Shown: positions 1 to 11,100 of the stretch, piece by piece | How the letters are laid out: each line of letters begins with the position of its first letter | How positions within the stretch are numbered: the stretch's first letter is position 1 | From: an uncultured candidatus Porisulfidus sp. | GTDB lineage: Bacteria > Pseudomonadota > Gammaproteobacteria > Poriferisulfidales > Oxydemutatoraceae | Length of the DNA: 64,000 nucleotides | Reading direction: 5' to 3' | NCBI GenBank assembly: GCA_965215125.1 | Contig: OZ244052.1 | Span: 2,016,001-2,080,000, forward strand | Made by a program: the position numbers and the translations under genes | The notes under the pieces: generated by a model | What the model was told of the DNA's origin: nothing | Seen by the model: the letters and a program-made list of their open reading frames with translations, nothing else | The model's database searches: none

Positions 1-159
1 ATTTTTGGGTCTTTTTCATTTTGCCGTTACTATAATGAGTCTCAACTGCTTATTATCTAATAATTTTAGGAAAACGCTATATGTTACCGCATATTTATAT
101 CCGATTAAAATTTCACACGGTTCTGTCGTGTTTTTATACAACATAGTAGAGGATTAAGT

Positions 160-2247
160 TTGATGTCTTATCGTTTTTGGGGCTTGATAACATTAGCGAT
201 GCTGTCATTTTCACAGATATCGTATGCCGAAACCGACCGCTGTGCACCGGTAGTGCCGAAACCTACCGGAACCGACCCCGACCAGCTTCGTATATCGGCG
301 GAAAGAGTTAGAGTCAACCCGAATCAAATTTCCGTATTGCAAGGTCAAGTACAACTTGAGCAGGCTCAAAAAAGGATACGCGCCGATCGTGTTGCGGTTG
401 ATACAAACTCCGAGAGGTTAAAAGCCGAAGGTAATGTGCGCTATACGAATTGTGCGACACCGACACCGCTTTGGTTTATCTCCGCCGATGAATTGATATT
501 CGATCAAAATAAAAACAGCGGCACGATCAAAGACGCATGGTTGCACTTGGGGGCAATTCCGTTTCTATACATGCCGCGTTATCGCATCGATCTATCGCAA
601 GATAAACGAAAAAGTGGACTGTTGTCGCCGCGCCTTACTTATAAAAGCAAATCGGGTGTTAAAACAGGCATACCACTATATTTCAATATAGCCCCCAACA
701 AAGATGCAACGATTACGCCTACATTCCATAGTCGGCGCGGCGCGGGGATTGATATGAAATCACGTTATTTGTATGCGCACGATCAAGGCGGTTTCGGTTT
801 TTCTTGGATAGACGATACCGAATACAACGACGAACGCTACTTCTATTTTTGGGATCATCGCACTCGCGTCGATGATTTGTTTCGCATGGATATTAAAATA
901 CACCGGGTTTCGGATGCCGACTATGTGCGGGATTTAAGCGGTAATGTAAGTCTATTGAACGAATCCTATTTGCGTAGCTATTTAGAGAGTGATTTATTTT
1001 GGCGCGGGTGGAATTTTAGTCTTCAAACGGAATTATTGCAGCGCGCCGACGACGATGCCGATTGGTTGGAGCGGCCTTACCAATACCAAATAAGGCCGGG
1101 ACTTACAGTGTCGCGAATATTTGCCGACGGTCCTTTGGGCTTCAATTTTGAGTTCCAATCTCAAGCTACGCAATTCGTTCACAGATATCGTTATCTACAA
1201 GAAGCCGATGGCAGTCGCGAGTATATTCCTCTAGGCAATCGTTTCCATAATAGTCTTAGAATGGATTGGTCCTATCGCCGCCCGTGGTTTTTTATAGCCC
1301 CTGCTGCCACCATTAATCACACGCACTATAAGATCTATAGGCAAAGCGACCTCAACCGCACACAGCCGGTCTTTAGCGTGCACTCGGGTTTGATATTCGA
1401 AAAGGTTGCCCAACAAGATGACCTATTCAGGCACACGATAGAACCCACTTTGTTTTATTTAAATGTGCCGAGACGAGAGCAAGACGACATACCGTTGTTT
1501 GATACCACTGTGAACGAATTCAATTTTCAAAGACTGTTTTCCGAGAATCGTTTTAACGGTGTCGATCGTATCGGTGATGCCGATCAGCTCACTTTGGCTT
1601 TGAATAGCCGTCTGTTTCATCGTAGCAGTGGCAAAGAGGCTATGCGGGCAAGTTTAGGCCGTATTTATTATTTCAGGGATCGTCAAGTGCAGATCAATAC
1701 CGACGCAGACAAGGTGCGGCCGCAATCTCCGTTAATCGGTGAACTGCATTTAGATCTCAATAACAAGATAAAATTTCTATCTTCGTGGGTTTGGGATTCG
1801 AAGCAAGACCAAACCTTGAAATTGACATCTCGGCTATCGATTAAAGGCAGCCGAAACCGTGTCGTTAATCTGTATTACCGCTCGCAAGCCGACGCATTCG
1901 ACGAACAGTTAGCTTTTGAATCCGACCACGGCTTTGAACAAGGTGGCATCAACCTCGGTATACCGCTCGGCGATCGTTGGACAATGTTGGCAGGTTGGTC
2001 CTACGATTTTGATGCCGACGACAATTTATCAACCTTTGCCGGCGTTGAATATCGTAGCTGTTGTTGGACATTGAGTGTGGGTCTACAACGGCGGCTGATA
2101 GATGTAGACAACGATAGCGGGCGTATAGCCGACGGCAGCCTTGATTTTGAAAACTTCGTAGGTTTTGAATTTAACCTTGAAGGATTAGGCGGTATAGGTG
2201 ATAATTTACAACGAAATTTAAGCAAAGAAGTATTCGGTTATAAATAA
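160..2247 (+). CDS. lptD: LPS-assembly outer membrane protein LptD
   Basis: Signal peptide, OstA-like N-domain, RKSGLL.P, YFNIAPNKDAT, FSENRFNGVDRIGDADQLTL, C-terminal SCCW; lies upstream of surA-pdxA. Confidence 0.95.
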   Translation: MMSYRFWGLITLAMLSFSQISYAETDRCAPVVPKPTGTDPDQLRISAERVRVNPNQISVLQGQVQLEQAQKRIRADRVAVDTNSERLKAEGNVRYTNCATPTPLWFISADELIFDQNKNSGTIKDAWLHLGAIPFLYMPRYRIDLSQDKRKSGLLSPRLTYKSKSGVKTGIPLYFNIAPNKDATITPTFHSRRGAGIDMKSRYLYAHDQGGFGFSWIDDTEYNDERYFYFWDHRTRVDDLFRMDIKIHRVSDADYVRDLSGNVSLLNESYLRSYLESDLFWRGWNFSLQTELLQRADDDADWLERPYQYQIRPGLTVSRIFADGPLGFNFEFQSQATQFVHRYRYLQEADGSREYIPLGNRFHNSLRMDWSYRRPWFFIAPAATINHTHYKIYRQSDLNRTQPVFSVHSGLIFEKVAQQDDLFRHTIEPTLFYLNVPRREQDDIPLFDTTVNEFNFQRLFSENRFNGVDRIGDADQLTLALNSRLFHRSSGKEAMRASLGRIYYFRDRQVQINTDADKVRPQSPLIGELHLDLNNKIKFLSSWVWDSKQDQTLKLTSRLSIKGSRNRVVNLYYRSQADAFDEQLAFESDHGFEQGGINLGIPLGDRWTMLAGWSYDFDADDNLSTFAGVEYRSCCWTLSVGLQRRLIDVDNDSGRIADGSLDFENFVGFEFNLEGLGGIGDNLQRNLSKEVFGYK

Positions 2248-2288
2248 TGATATATTTGATGGTTATGATAAACCCAATGAATAAATGT

Positions 2289-2582
2289 GGGGCTGTTGAA
2301 AATGTATCGGCAGCGCAAAAATCCAACCGCTTGCGCCATCCAATTACGCAAACCGCCTGTAGGGGCGGACTAGCATGTCCGCCCGAAACGCGTTGCGCCG
2401 CCACGATTTATACATTCATCCATCCAATTTATGGAAACCAAAACCATGTGGCGTAGGCGGTTGGGTTTGTGCCGAACGGTAGTTAAGGGCAGACATATAA
2501 GTCTGCCCCTACGGGTGGTTTGTAAATATTCACGGCGCAAGCGGTTGCAGTTGTGCAAAAACAATACTTTTTCAACAGCCCC
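2289..2582. mobile_element. MITE-like palindromic composite repeat containing an inverted GTAG-REP pair
   Basis: GGGGCTGTTGAAAA (2289) ... TTTTCAACAGCCCC (2582) with ~49-bp imperfect terminal inverted repeats; internal REPs GTAGGGGCGGAC-N6-GTCCGCCC at 2359-2384 and an inverted copy at 2487-2512. Confidence 0.8.
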
Positions 2583-2652
2583 CGGCATGTCTGCACAATT
2601 TAACCGAGGGCATCCTCCAAACATACCGAATCCTTGCACAAACCCAACCGCT

Positions 2653-3939
2653 ATGCGCTCCATGTTGTGCGCACCGCAACTTGAAATTTTAATCGCAATT
2701 TTATTATTTGTCGCGATCATTCCTGCATCCTCGCAAGCTCAACCGAAGGTAATAGATAAAATCGTCGCAGTAGTCGGAGATGTTGCAATCAGCTCGCGCG
2801 AACTGGCAATGACGGTGGATCGCGTCAAGCAGAATATGGCGCGTCAAGAACAAGAGATTCCGGACTCCCAAACCCTGGTTCCTAGGGTTTTAGAACAGCT
2901 GATAGTCGTTAAACTACAACTCCAAGAAGCGAAACGCCTGGGTATTACGATAGACGAAATAGCACTTGATCAAATGCTTGCCAAAATTGCCGCCGATAAC
3001 GGTAAGACCCTTGCCGAGATGAAAGCCGAAATTGAACGCAGTCAAGGAAGTTATAGCGAGATGCGAGAGTCGGTGCGTCAAGAGTTCATCATCTCTCAAC
3101 TCAGGCAAAGCGTGATTAATAGTATAGTGGTTTCCGAGAGTGAAATAGAAGCCAAACTGAGAGAAATCAATGCGCAGACACTATTTAGTTTTTCTTATTT
3201 AGCGGCGGAATTACCGGAGGCGGAAAGTGAACGTGAAGAATTGACGCAATGGTTTCACAACCTGCGCCTTAAAATACTAAACGAAAACGATTTTTACGAT
3301 ATCGCGAAGCAAGCGGCGAAAAAAGCATCGGTAAACTATAAAAGATCGCAGCCTAGACGGCTAAACCAATTACCGAAGCTACTGCAAGAGAAAGTATTGA
3401 ATATGAATATCGGCGACATCACCTCGGTTATCAAGACTGCCGATACACTTTACCTATTTAGTTTAGACGGCAGACAGGCAGAACAATTACCGCAGATCGT
3501 TGAAAAGCAATATCATATTAGACATATCCTATTGAGATCCGATGCGATGTATTCCGATTCGTATATACGCAAAAAACTACTTGCGATCAAAAGACGTATT
3601 GAAAACGGCGAGAGCTTTGAACAAATGGCAAAAAAATACTCGCAAGACCCCGGTAGCGGCTTCAAAGGCGGCGACTTGGGATGGATCCCCACCGAAGGCT
3701 TGGCAGCGGAATTCGCACAGCAAGTGGAAAATGCACCACATCGCAAACTCATCGGACCTTTTGCGACCGCCTTCGGACAGCATATATTGGAAGTACTGGG
3801 CGAACGCCGACAAGATGTCAGCAACCGAATACAAAGACGAAACATCATTGCACAGCTACGCCAAGAAAAGTCGGGTGTCGAAATAAACGAATGGTTGCTT
3901 AGATTGCGAGAAAGCCGATATATAGACATCAGACTTTGA
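2653..3939 (+). CDS. surA: Periplasmic chaperone / peptidyl-prolyl isomerase SurA
   Basis: IDKIVAVV N-domain, parvulin motif HILL...FEQMAKKYSQDPGS..GGDLGW. The ORF-track start (2431) runs through the repeat; ATG 2653 gives 428 aa with a signal peptide. Confidence 0.92.
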   Translation: MRSMLCAPQLEILIAILLFVAIIPASSQAQPKVIDKIVAVVGDVAISSRELAMTVDRVKQNMARQEQEIPDSQTLVPRVLEQLIVVKLQLQEAKRLGITIDEIALDQMLAKIAADNGKTLAEMKAEIERSQGSYSEMRESVRQEFIISQLRQSVINSIVVSESEIEAKLREINAQTLFSFSYLAAELPEAESEREELTQWFHNLRLKILNENDFYDIAKQAAKKASVNYKRSQPRRLNQLPKLLQEKVLNMNIGDITSVIKTADTLYLFSLDGRQAEQLPQIVEKQYHIRHILLRSDAMYSDSYIRKKLLAIKRRIENGESFEQMAKKYSQDPGSGFKGGDLGWIPTEGLAAEFAQQVENAPHRKLIGPFATAFGQHILEVLGERRQDVSNRIQRRNIIAQLRQEKSGVEINEWLLRLRESRYIDIRL

Positions 3940-4913
3940 GACCACACAAAACCATTGCAATCACAGCTGCGGAACCTGCCGGCATCGGTCCCGACATACT
4001 GGCTTCGCTTGCTCATATACCGATTGCCGATGCCACACTTGCGGTAATCGGCAATGCAGAATTATTGGAGCTTCGCGCAAAACAAATCGCAAAACCTATT
4101 AAAACGTATACTTATACCGATGATACCGTGCAAACACATCGCGGCGATGGAACTTTGGCGGTCATCGATGTTGCGTTGCCGGTACCGGTTGTTGCCGGGC
4201 AAATTGATACGCGTAATGTTCCTTATGTGTTGGAGCAATTGGATATTGCCGTGCGCGGTTGCTTGCGGGGTTCTTTTGACGCACTGGTCACCGGTCCCGT
4301 CAATAAGGCAGCTATTTGTCAAGCGAGCATCCCTTTTCAAGGACATACCGAATATCTTGCACAAGCCTGCGATAGCGGTAGCGTTATGTTGCTCGAAGCC
4401 GAGGCATTACGCATTGCACTGGCAACCACCCACATTCCTTTATCCGAAGTGCCGAGACAACTCTCCCGTGATTTATTGACAAAAACAATTAAGATATTGC
4501 ACGACGATATGCGTCGTCGCTTTAAGATGGATGCGCCTCGTATCGCGGTATGCGGACTGAACCCGCATGCCGGGGAACAGGGTTATTTAGGATCGGAAGA
4601 AATTGAAGTAATCGCACCTGCGATAGCCGAATGTGCTGCACAAGGAATAATGACATTCGGCCCGGTCTCCGCCGATACTGCATTTACACCCGAGCAACTA
4701 CGGCAATGCGATGTGAGTCTTGCGATGTATCATGATCAAGGCCTTGCGGTTGTCAAGTATGCAGGTTTCGGGCAAGTCGTCAACATTACTCTGGGACTAC
4801 CGTTTGTGCGTACCTCGGTAGACCACGGCACCGCCTTGGAATTAGCCGGTAGTGGACAGGCTCGATCTACCAGCTTGGAACACGCGGTGCGCCGTGCAAT
4901 CCAATTATCCTAG
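3936..4913 (+). CDS. pdxA: 4-hydroxythreonine-4-phosphate dehydrogenase
   Basis: EPAGIGPD, GHTEYLA, GLNPHAGE, MYHDQGL, RTSVDHGTA motifs. Confidence 0.97.
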   Translation: MRPHKTIAITAAEPAGIGPDILASLAHIPIADATLAVIGNAELLELRAKQIAKPIKTYTYTDDTVQTHRGDGTLAVIDVALPVPVVAGQIDTRNVPYVLEQLDIAVRGCLRGSFDALVTGPVNKAAICQASIPFQGHTEYLAQACDSGSVMLLEAEALRIALATTHIPLSEVPRQLSRDLLTKTIKILHDDMRRRFKMDAPRIAVCGLNPHAGEQGYLGSEEIEVIAPAIAECAAQGIMTFGPVSADTAFTPEQLRQCDVSLAMYHDQGLAVVKYAGFGQVVNITLGLPFVRTSVDHGTALELAGSGQARSTSLEHAVRRAIQLS

Positions 4914-4924
4914 TGGTGGTATTC

Positions 4925-4970
4925 GGGGTTGTTGGAAAATACGGTTTTGCACGAACCGAACCGCTGGTGC
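4925..4970. repeat. Degenerate half of the GGGGCTGTTGAAAA repeat
   Basis: GGGGTTGTTGGAAAATAC..TTTTGCACGAACCGAACCGCTGGTGC resembles the terminal arm at 2289/2582. Confidence 0.5.
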
Positions 4971-5020
4971 TACTGCAACAAGTGGCAGTTCTATTTGTGC
5001 TTACAGACTTCATTATAATC

Positions 5021-5049
5021 TTGACTAGCATGTAAGAATTTTTTAAGAT
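5021..5049 (+). promoter_or_regulatory. Putative sigma70 promoter of the giant surface-protein gene
   Basis: TTGACT-17 bp-TAAGAT about 60 nt upstream of ATG 5110. Confidence 0.5.
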
Positions 5050-5109
5050 ATTCTACAATATGTTCATAATTAATATAATCGGGGAATCCAGCACAATAAA
5101 AAGGTAAAA

Positions 5110-8100
5110 ATGAAGCCCCTCTTGATCATTCTATTTGCCCTATTCAGCACAAATCTAATGGCTCAAACCGACATAGATAGGGATGGCGACGGTCTGATAG
5201 ATATTAATCATCTGGAGGATTTGGATGAAATCCGCCATCACTTAAACGGTTTGCCGCCGGCTTGCGGAGAAAATAACAACGAAGCCTATAGAGGCTATGA
5301 ATTAATAAGAAGCCTGGGTTTTAACGACGATACACGCTACTTGGATGCCGATGCCAACAAAGAGAGATGGACGACGGGTGCAGGTTGGCAACCGATCGGT
5401 GATTTTGATAATCCTTTCAATGCGCTATTCATGGCGAGTACCGAGACCTTGACTATTTCTAATTTGACGATAGACAAACGCAGTGAATCGAGTATAGGTT
5501 TGTTCGGTGTGTCTTTCGGTGGTATAGCCGATATTCATTTAAGCGATGTATCGTTTAAAGGATATAGCGTAGTCGGTGGTTTGGTCAATGATAATCAAGG
5601 TGTCGTCAATCAGAGCTACCGGCAGGCAAACGAGGCGATAAGCGATAACGGTGTGGGTGAAGCACAAGACGACTTGCAACGGGTTTCTTCGTTCTCGGAG
5701 TGGTCGTCGGCAAACTGGGATTTCACTGCCGGCGAGTATCCGGGTTTGCAGTATGCGGTGGGCAACGACGAGGATGGCCCTGCGTGCGAGACACCGCCGC
5801 CGGATACCGAACTGCCGAACTGCGGAGCTTTATTGGCGGAACAGAGATTTGAGCTGGAGCGTATAGAATTAGTCGGGGCAGGGTTATTACCCGACTTCGA
5901 CCTTGCGATCGACAACTATGTTGCAGGTGTTTCCGCCGAGACAACGAATGTCATGATAATCGTGCGTGCGAACCGTAAAGATACACCGATTAGAATAAAC
6001 GGTAATGTCGTATCGGTTGATGCGGTCAATGTCGTGGAATTAGCCGAAGCAGGGAACACGCAAATTGAAGTCGTGAGTGTAGCGGAGGCTACAACCTATA
6101 CCATCGTAGTCAGGAAAATAACCTTGCCGCCGTGCCATGCTTTAATAGAATTTCCCGATGACAACGACGGCATAGCCCAAACCATAGATATTGACAAGAA
6201 TAACAACGGCTTGATAGAAATCTGCGATTTGGAAGGTCTCGATGAAATACGCTATCGATTGAATGGCACCGGTTATAAAACAAGTGCCGATGCGGTGGTA
6301 ATAATGACAGGTTGCCCTGCCGACGGTTGCAGGGGTTATGAGCTAACCAAAGATCTAGACTTCACGGATAACGATAGCTACCGCATAGCAGACAATAAGG
6401 TAATATGGACTGCCGATAAAGATAGAACGAATTCAGGCTGGACACCTATTGATCCCCGTGCTCCTTTGACCGCTATATTCGAGGGAAACAATCACACTAT
6501 TGCTAATTTATATATCAATATGAATGATTCGGTAACAATAGGTTTATTTAGCGTCATTAGATCCGAGATCAGGAATGTCAATCTATCGAATGTGGACATC
6601 AACGGGTTTACTATAGTAGGTGGATTGGTCGGCTTAAATGGAGGTCTAATCATCAATAGTCGGATGACCGGTAGCGTTTCCGCAACCTTATCTAATCTCG
6701 GTGGACTGGTTGGTGTTAACGGTGTTAATGCCGAAATCAGTAATAGTTCTGCGAGTGGCACTGTCACCGGCCCGGCTACCGTAGGCGGCTTGGTTGGTCT
6801 TAATATTAGCATAATCAGAAATAGTTTTGCGAGTGGTATTGTCACCGGCACGGATAGCGTAGGCGGATTATCGGGAATTACGGGTAATGATGGACTCGTC
6901 ATTAATAGTCACGCCGACAGTACGGTGAACGGCACGGAAATGGACGATACCGGCATAGGTGGGCTAATCGGTACCAGTAGTGGTTTTATCATGGGTAGCC
7001 ATGCAAGCGGTGCCGTTAATGTTGACGCACAGGGGAATGATACCGGTGTAGGTGGCTTGGTCGGTCAAAATTCTTCTTTAATCATCAACAGCTATGCGAC
7101 CGGTGCCACCCGCGGTCATAGCAGTGTGGGTGGCTTGGTGGGATTAAGCGAGGAGGGTATGTCGGGTAGTTTAATGACAATCATCAACAGCTATGCGACC
7201 GGCGATGCGAGCGGCACGGGAAATAACAATAAAAACATAGGCGGTTTGATCGGCCATAACAACAAAGCGCGTATTATAAATACTTATGCCGAGGGCGATG
7301 TATCGGGTATCTCAAATGCGGGTGGTTTAATCGGTCTATCGACGAGCGGCACGATTGAAAACAGTTATACGATCGGTGCGGTGCGTGGCACGGGAGACGA
7401 TAACAAAAACATCGGTGGGATGGTCGGTGCGACTTCGGACACTGTTATTATCACCGCCAGCTATTGGAATAGAGACACCGGTGGACAAGCCACTTCCGCC
7501 AGCGGCACGAGTAAAACAAGGATGGAACTGCAATCACCGACTGCACCGGGAAGCACTTCAACCGAGATTTATTACAACTGGAATCCAGACTATCCGGCAC
7601 ATGCCGATTGGGATTTCGGAGACTCGCAGACCTATCCGGCACTTCGCTATGCCGTCGGCCCCGACGAAGATAACGCCGCCTGCGACGACGACCCCGATAC
7701 GATATTGCCTCAATGTAGCTTATTGTTGCCCGATCAACCCGGTCGCGATCGGGGTTTAGATTTCGTATTTTTCTTGTTGGATGCAGACGACGCTATTTTA
7801 GAACTGGAGCCGTCACTCTCTCCGCTTGTCAACGAATATAAGCTCTTCGTTGCCGGTGATTTGAATACCATACGACTGAGACCGTTTGCGGTCAACGGTG
7901 GTGCTACAACGATTAAAATTATAAAAGACGAAGAGAGCCCCGAAGAGAATTATTTTGCCGGCATGAATAGCGGTGACACGAGTAGTACCATAACTTTGGA
8001 CGATGCGACGACCCCCCTAGTCGTTACGGTGGCAGAGACCATAAACAGCCTCGAGATCGAAAATGTCTATCGGTTTGGGATAACGAAAGTGTCGCCTTCG

Positions 8101-11100
8101 GACATATCGGAGATTACGGTGTTTGAAAACGGTAATATGGATACCGACGACACGGTCGATGAGGGGAGCCAAATCACCCTAAGTCCTACGATTGACAACG
8201 GCACCGGAAACTATCGTTATGAAGTACGAATAGACGGAGAACCTACGGAACCCGTGACACGGAGCTCTTCGTCGATAACGATCAAGCTACCTACCAATCT
8301 AGTTAGCGGAGATGAGCTTGTTGAATTCAAGCTGGTAGTTGAAGAGTTTTTCTCTCGTTTTTCTATAATCACGAGTGCAACCAAAGTATTGACGGTTCGG
8401 CAGATTGACAACGGATCTCCGGACATAGAATTCGGAGTAAATGCAGACGAGCTATTTGTTTCTATAAAAGATCCGGACGGTGACGGCACCGCCTCGTATC
8501 GATGGCAACGACTTAATTATGATAACGGCAATCCGCAATGGGTTGACCTTCCTTCGGAGACGAATGGGACCTTAAATCCGTCGCCGGAAGTCAATGCTGT
8601 GTTGAATCCGACAGCCAGTTTGCGCTATCGCGTCGAAGTGACTTATCGTGATGCACAAGGCTATGAAACCGTTGAATTAGTACACTTCGCATATAGACAA
8701 GAAGCCGACGACGACAACGACGGGCTGATAGAAATTTACTATTTAGAGGATTTGGACGCAATACGCTACCAATTCGATGGTAGTGGCTATAGAGGAAGCT
8801 CGGTGGCGAACAAAATAATTAGAGGTTGTCCCGACGATGGTTGCATCGGCTACGAGTTGGCAAGAAGCTTGGACTTTAACGACGACGCAAGCTATGTTTC
8901 AACAGCCAACAAAGTAATATGGACTGCCGATAAAGAGAAAACGAATGTAGGTTGGCCACCGATTGACAGTATCAGTACTTCCATTATAGTGATATTGGAT
9001 GGGAATGGTCGTGCCATCTCTAATTTATATATCGATCAATCAATACCATTCGCAGGATTATTCGGCCGAGTGATTAACCCTAAATCCGAGATTAGAAATA
9101 TTCGTTTGTTGGATGTGGACATTCAGGGCACTTTTTCCGTAGGTGGATTGGTTGCTCTTAATGCCGGCTATATTAGTAATAGCCGTATCACCGGCAGCAT
9201 CTCGGGGAGCGAGAACGGTATAGGCGGATTGATCGGTACTAACAGCGGTGAAATCAAAGCGAGTTCTGCGAGTGGCACTGTCACAGGAAATACGCGTGTA
9301 GGTGGATTAATAGGTGACAACAGTGCCATTGTTATCGATAGCTATTCCGATAGCACGGTGAATGGCACGGAAGATAACAATGAAAACATCGGCGGACTAG
9401 CAGGTAGAAATCTAGGTTTGATTGTCGGTAGCTATGCGAGCGGTAGCGTTGAAGGTCGTAACGATGTAGGTGGTTTAGTGGGATTTAATGATGCCGATAG
9501 CTCATCAATCGGTAGAATTTTCAACAGCTATGCGAGCGGCAATGCGAGCGGCACAGAAGACGATAACCAAAACATCGGCGGGTTGGTCGGCATCAATAAA
9601 GGGGTCATCACAAACACTTATGCCGCGGGCAATGTATCGGGTGTTTCAAATGCAGGTGGTTTAATCGGTCTATCGGAGCGCGGCATGATTAAAAACAGTT
9701 ATACGATCGGTGCGGTGAGCGGCACCGGAGACGATAACCAAAACATCGGTGGGATAGTCGGTGCGACTTCGGGCACTGTTACCATCGTCGCAAGCTATTG
9801 GAGAGACACCGGTGGGCAGGCTACTTCCGTCGGTAGCACGAATAAAACTGCGATGGAATTGCAATCGCCGACTGCTCCGGGGAGTACTTCAACCGAGATT
9901 TATTACAACTGGAATCCCGACTATCCGGCACATGCCGATTGGGATTTCGGAGACTCGCAGACCTATCCGGCACTTCGCTATGCCGTCGGTCCCGACGAAG
10001 ATAACGCTGCTTGCGACGATGACCCCGATACGATATTGCCTCAATGTAGCTTATTGTTGCCCGATCAACCCGGTCGCGATCGGGGTTTGGATTTCGTGTT
10101 TTTCTTGCCCGACCTTAACAACGCTATTATAGAACAGCAGCCGTCGTTCTCTCCGCTTGTCGACGAATATAAGCTCTTCGTTGCCGGTAATTTGAATACC
10201 ATACAGCTGAGGCCGTTTGCGGTCAATGGTGGTGCTACAGCGATTAAAATCATAAAAGACGAAGAGAGCCCCGAAGAGAATTATTTTGCCGGCATGAATA
10301 GCGGCGATACGAGTGGAGAAATAACTTTGAACGATATGACGACCACTCTAATCGTTACGACTGCGGATACGATAAACGGGATTGGCGATGAAAGCACTTA
10401 TAGATTTACGATAGAGAAAGTTTTACCACTTGTCATATCGGATATAGAAATAGTCTCGCCGAATAACGACGGCACGGTGAATGAAGGGATTGATATCACG
10501 CTACACCCTAAAGTTACCGGTGGTATAGGTAATTACCGCTATAAAGTGGAGACAACACCAACGGTGACATTTGTCTCTCAAACTCCCTCTGCCGTAAAAA
10601 TTCGGTTTGCCGCCAATCTCGTACCTGCAGATAAAACAACGCGCAGCGCAATCATAAAGCTAACGGTTACAGAGACCATTGACAATAAACTTTATAGTGC
10701 TAACCGAACCAAGCGGATCGTAGTTAAGCGGATTAACAACGGAAATCCTATTTTAACGCCGTTAGTACGCCAAAATAACCTACTAGATGTTACCATCTTT
10801 CTCGGTAATGGAGATCCCGATGGTGGGCTCCCGGGCATTACCGACACTAGATGGCGAAGACTCGATTATAACGATGGCAACCCACAATGGACCGATATTA
10901 CTACGTTTAGCAGGTTTCCCCATAGGACAGGCTATCAAGTACCGAGCAATGAACTTGTCACTACCCGCTATCGTGTGGATGTGACGCATACGGACGGACA
11001 AAGCTATCAATTTAGCAGGAGTTTTTGGTTTAGATTTACACTCGACGACGACGACGATGGATTAATAGATATCTACTATTTAGAGGATTTGGATGCAATT

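Noticed and set aside
2431-2652. 74-aa N-terminal extension of SurA (similar extensions on TrpF from 35690, Ppi from 54243 and glycerate kinase from 49808)
   Set aside because: Chance open frames through a repeat, a neighbouring gene or intergenic DNA; downstream starts give normal lengths and signal peptides
7184-10360. Internal repeat as a diversity-generating retroelement TR/VR pair (also considered for the ilvH and dedD repeats)
   Set aside because: No reverse transcriptase in the window, and mismatches are not adenine-specific
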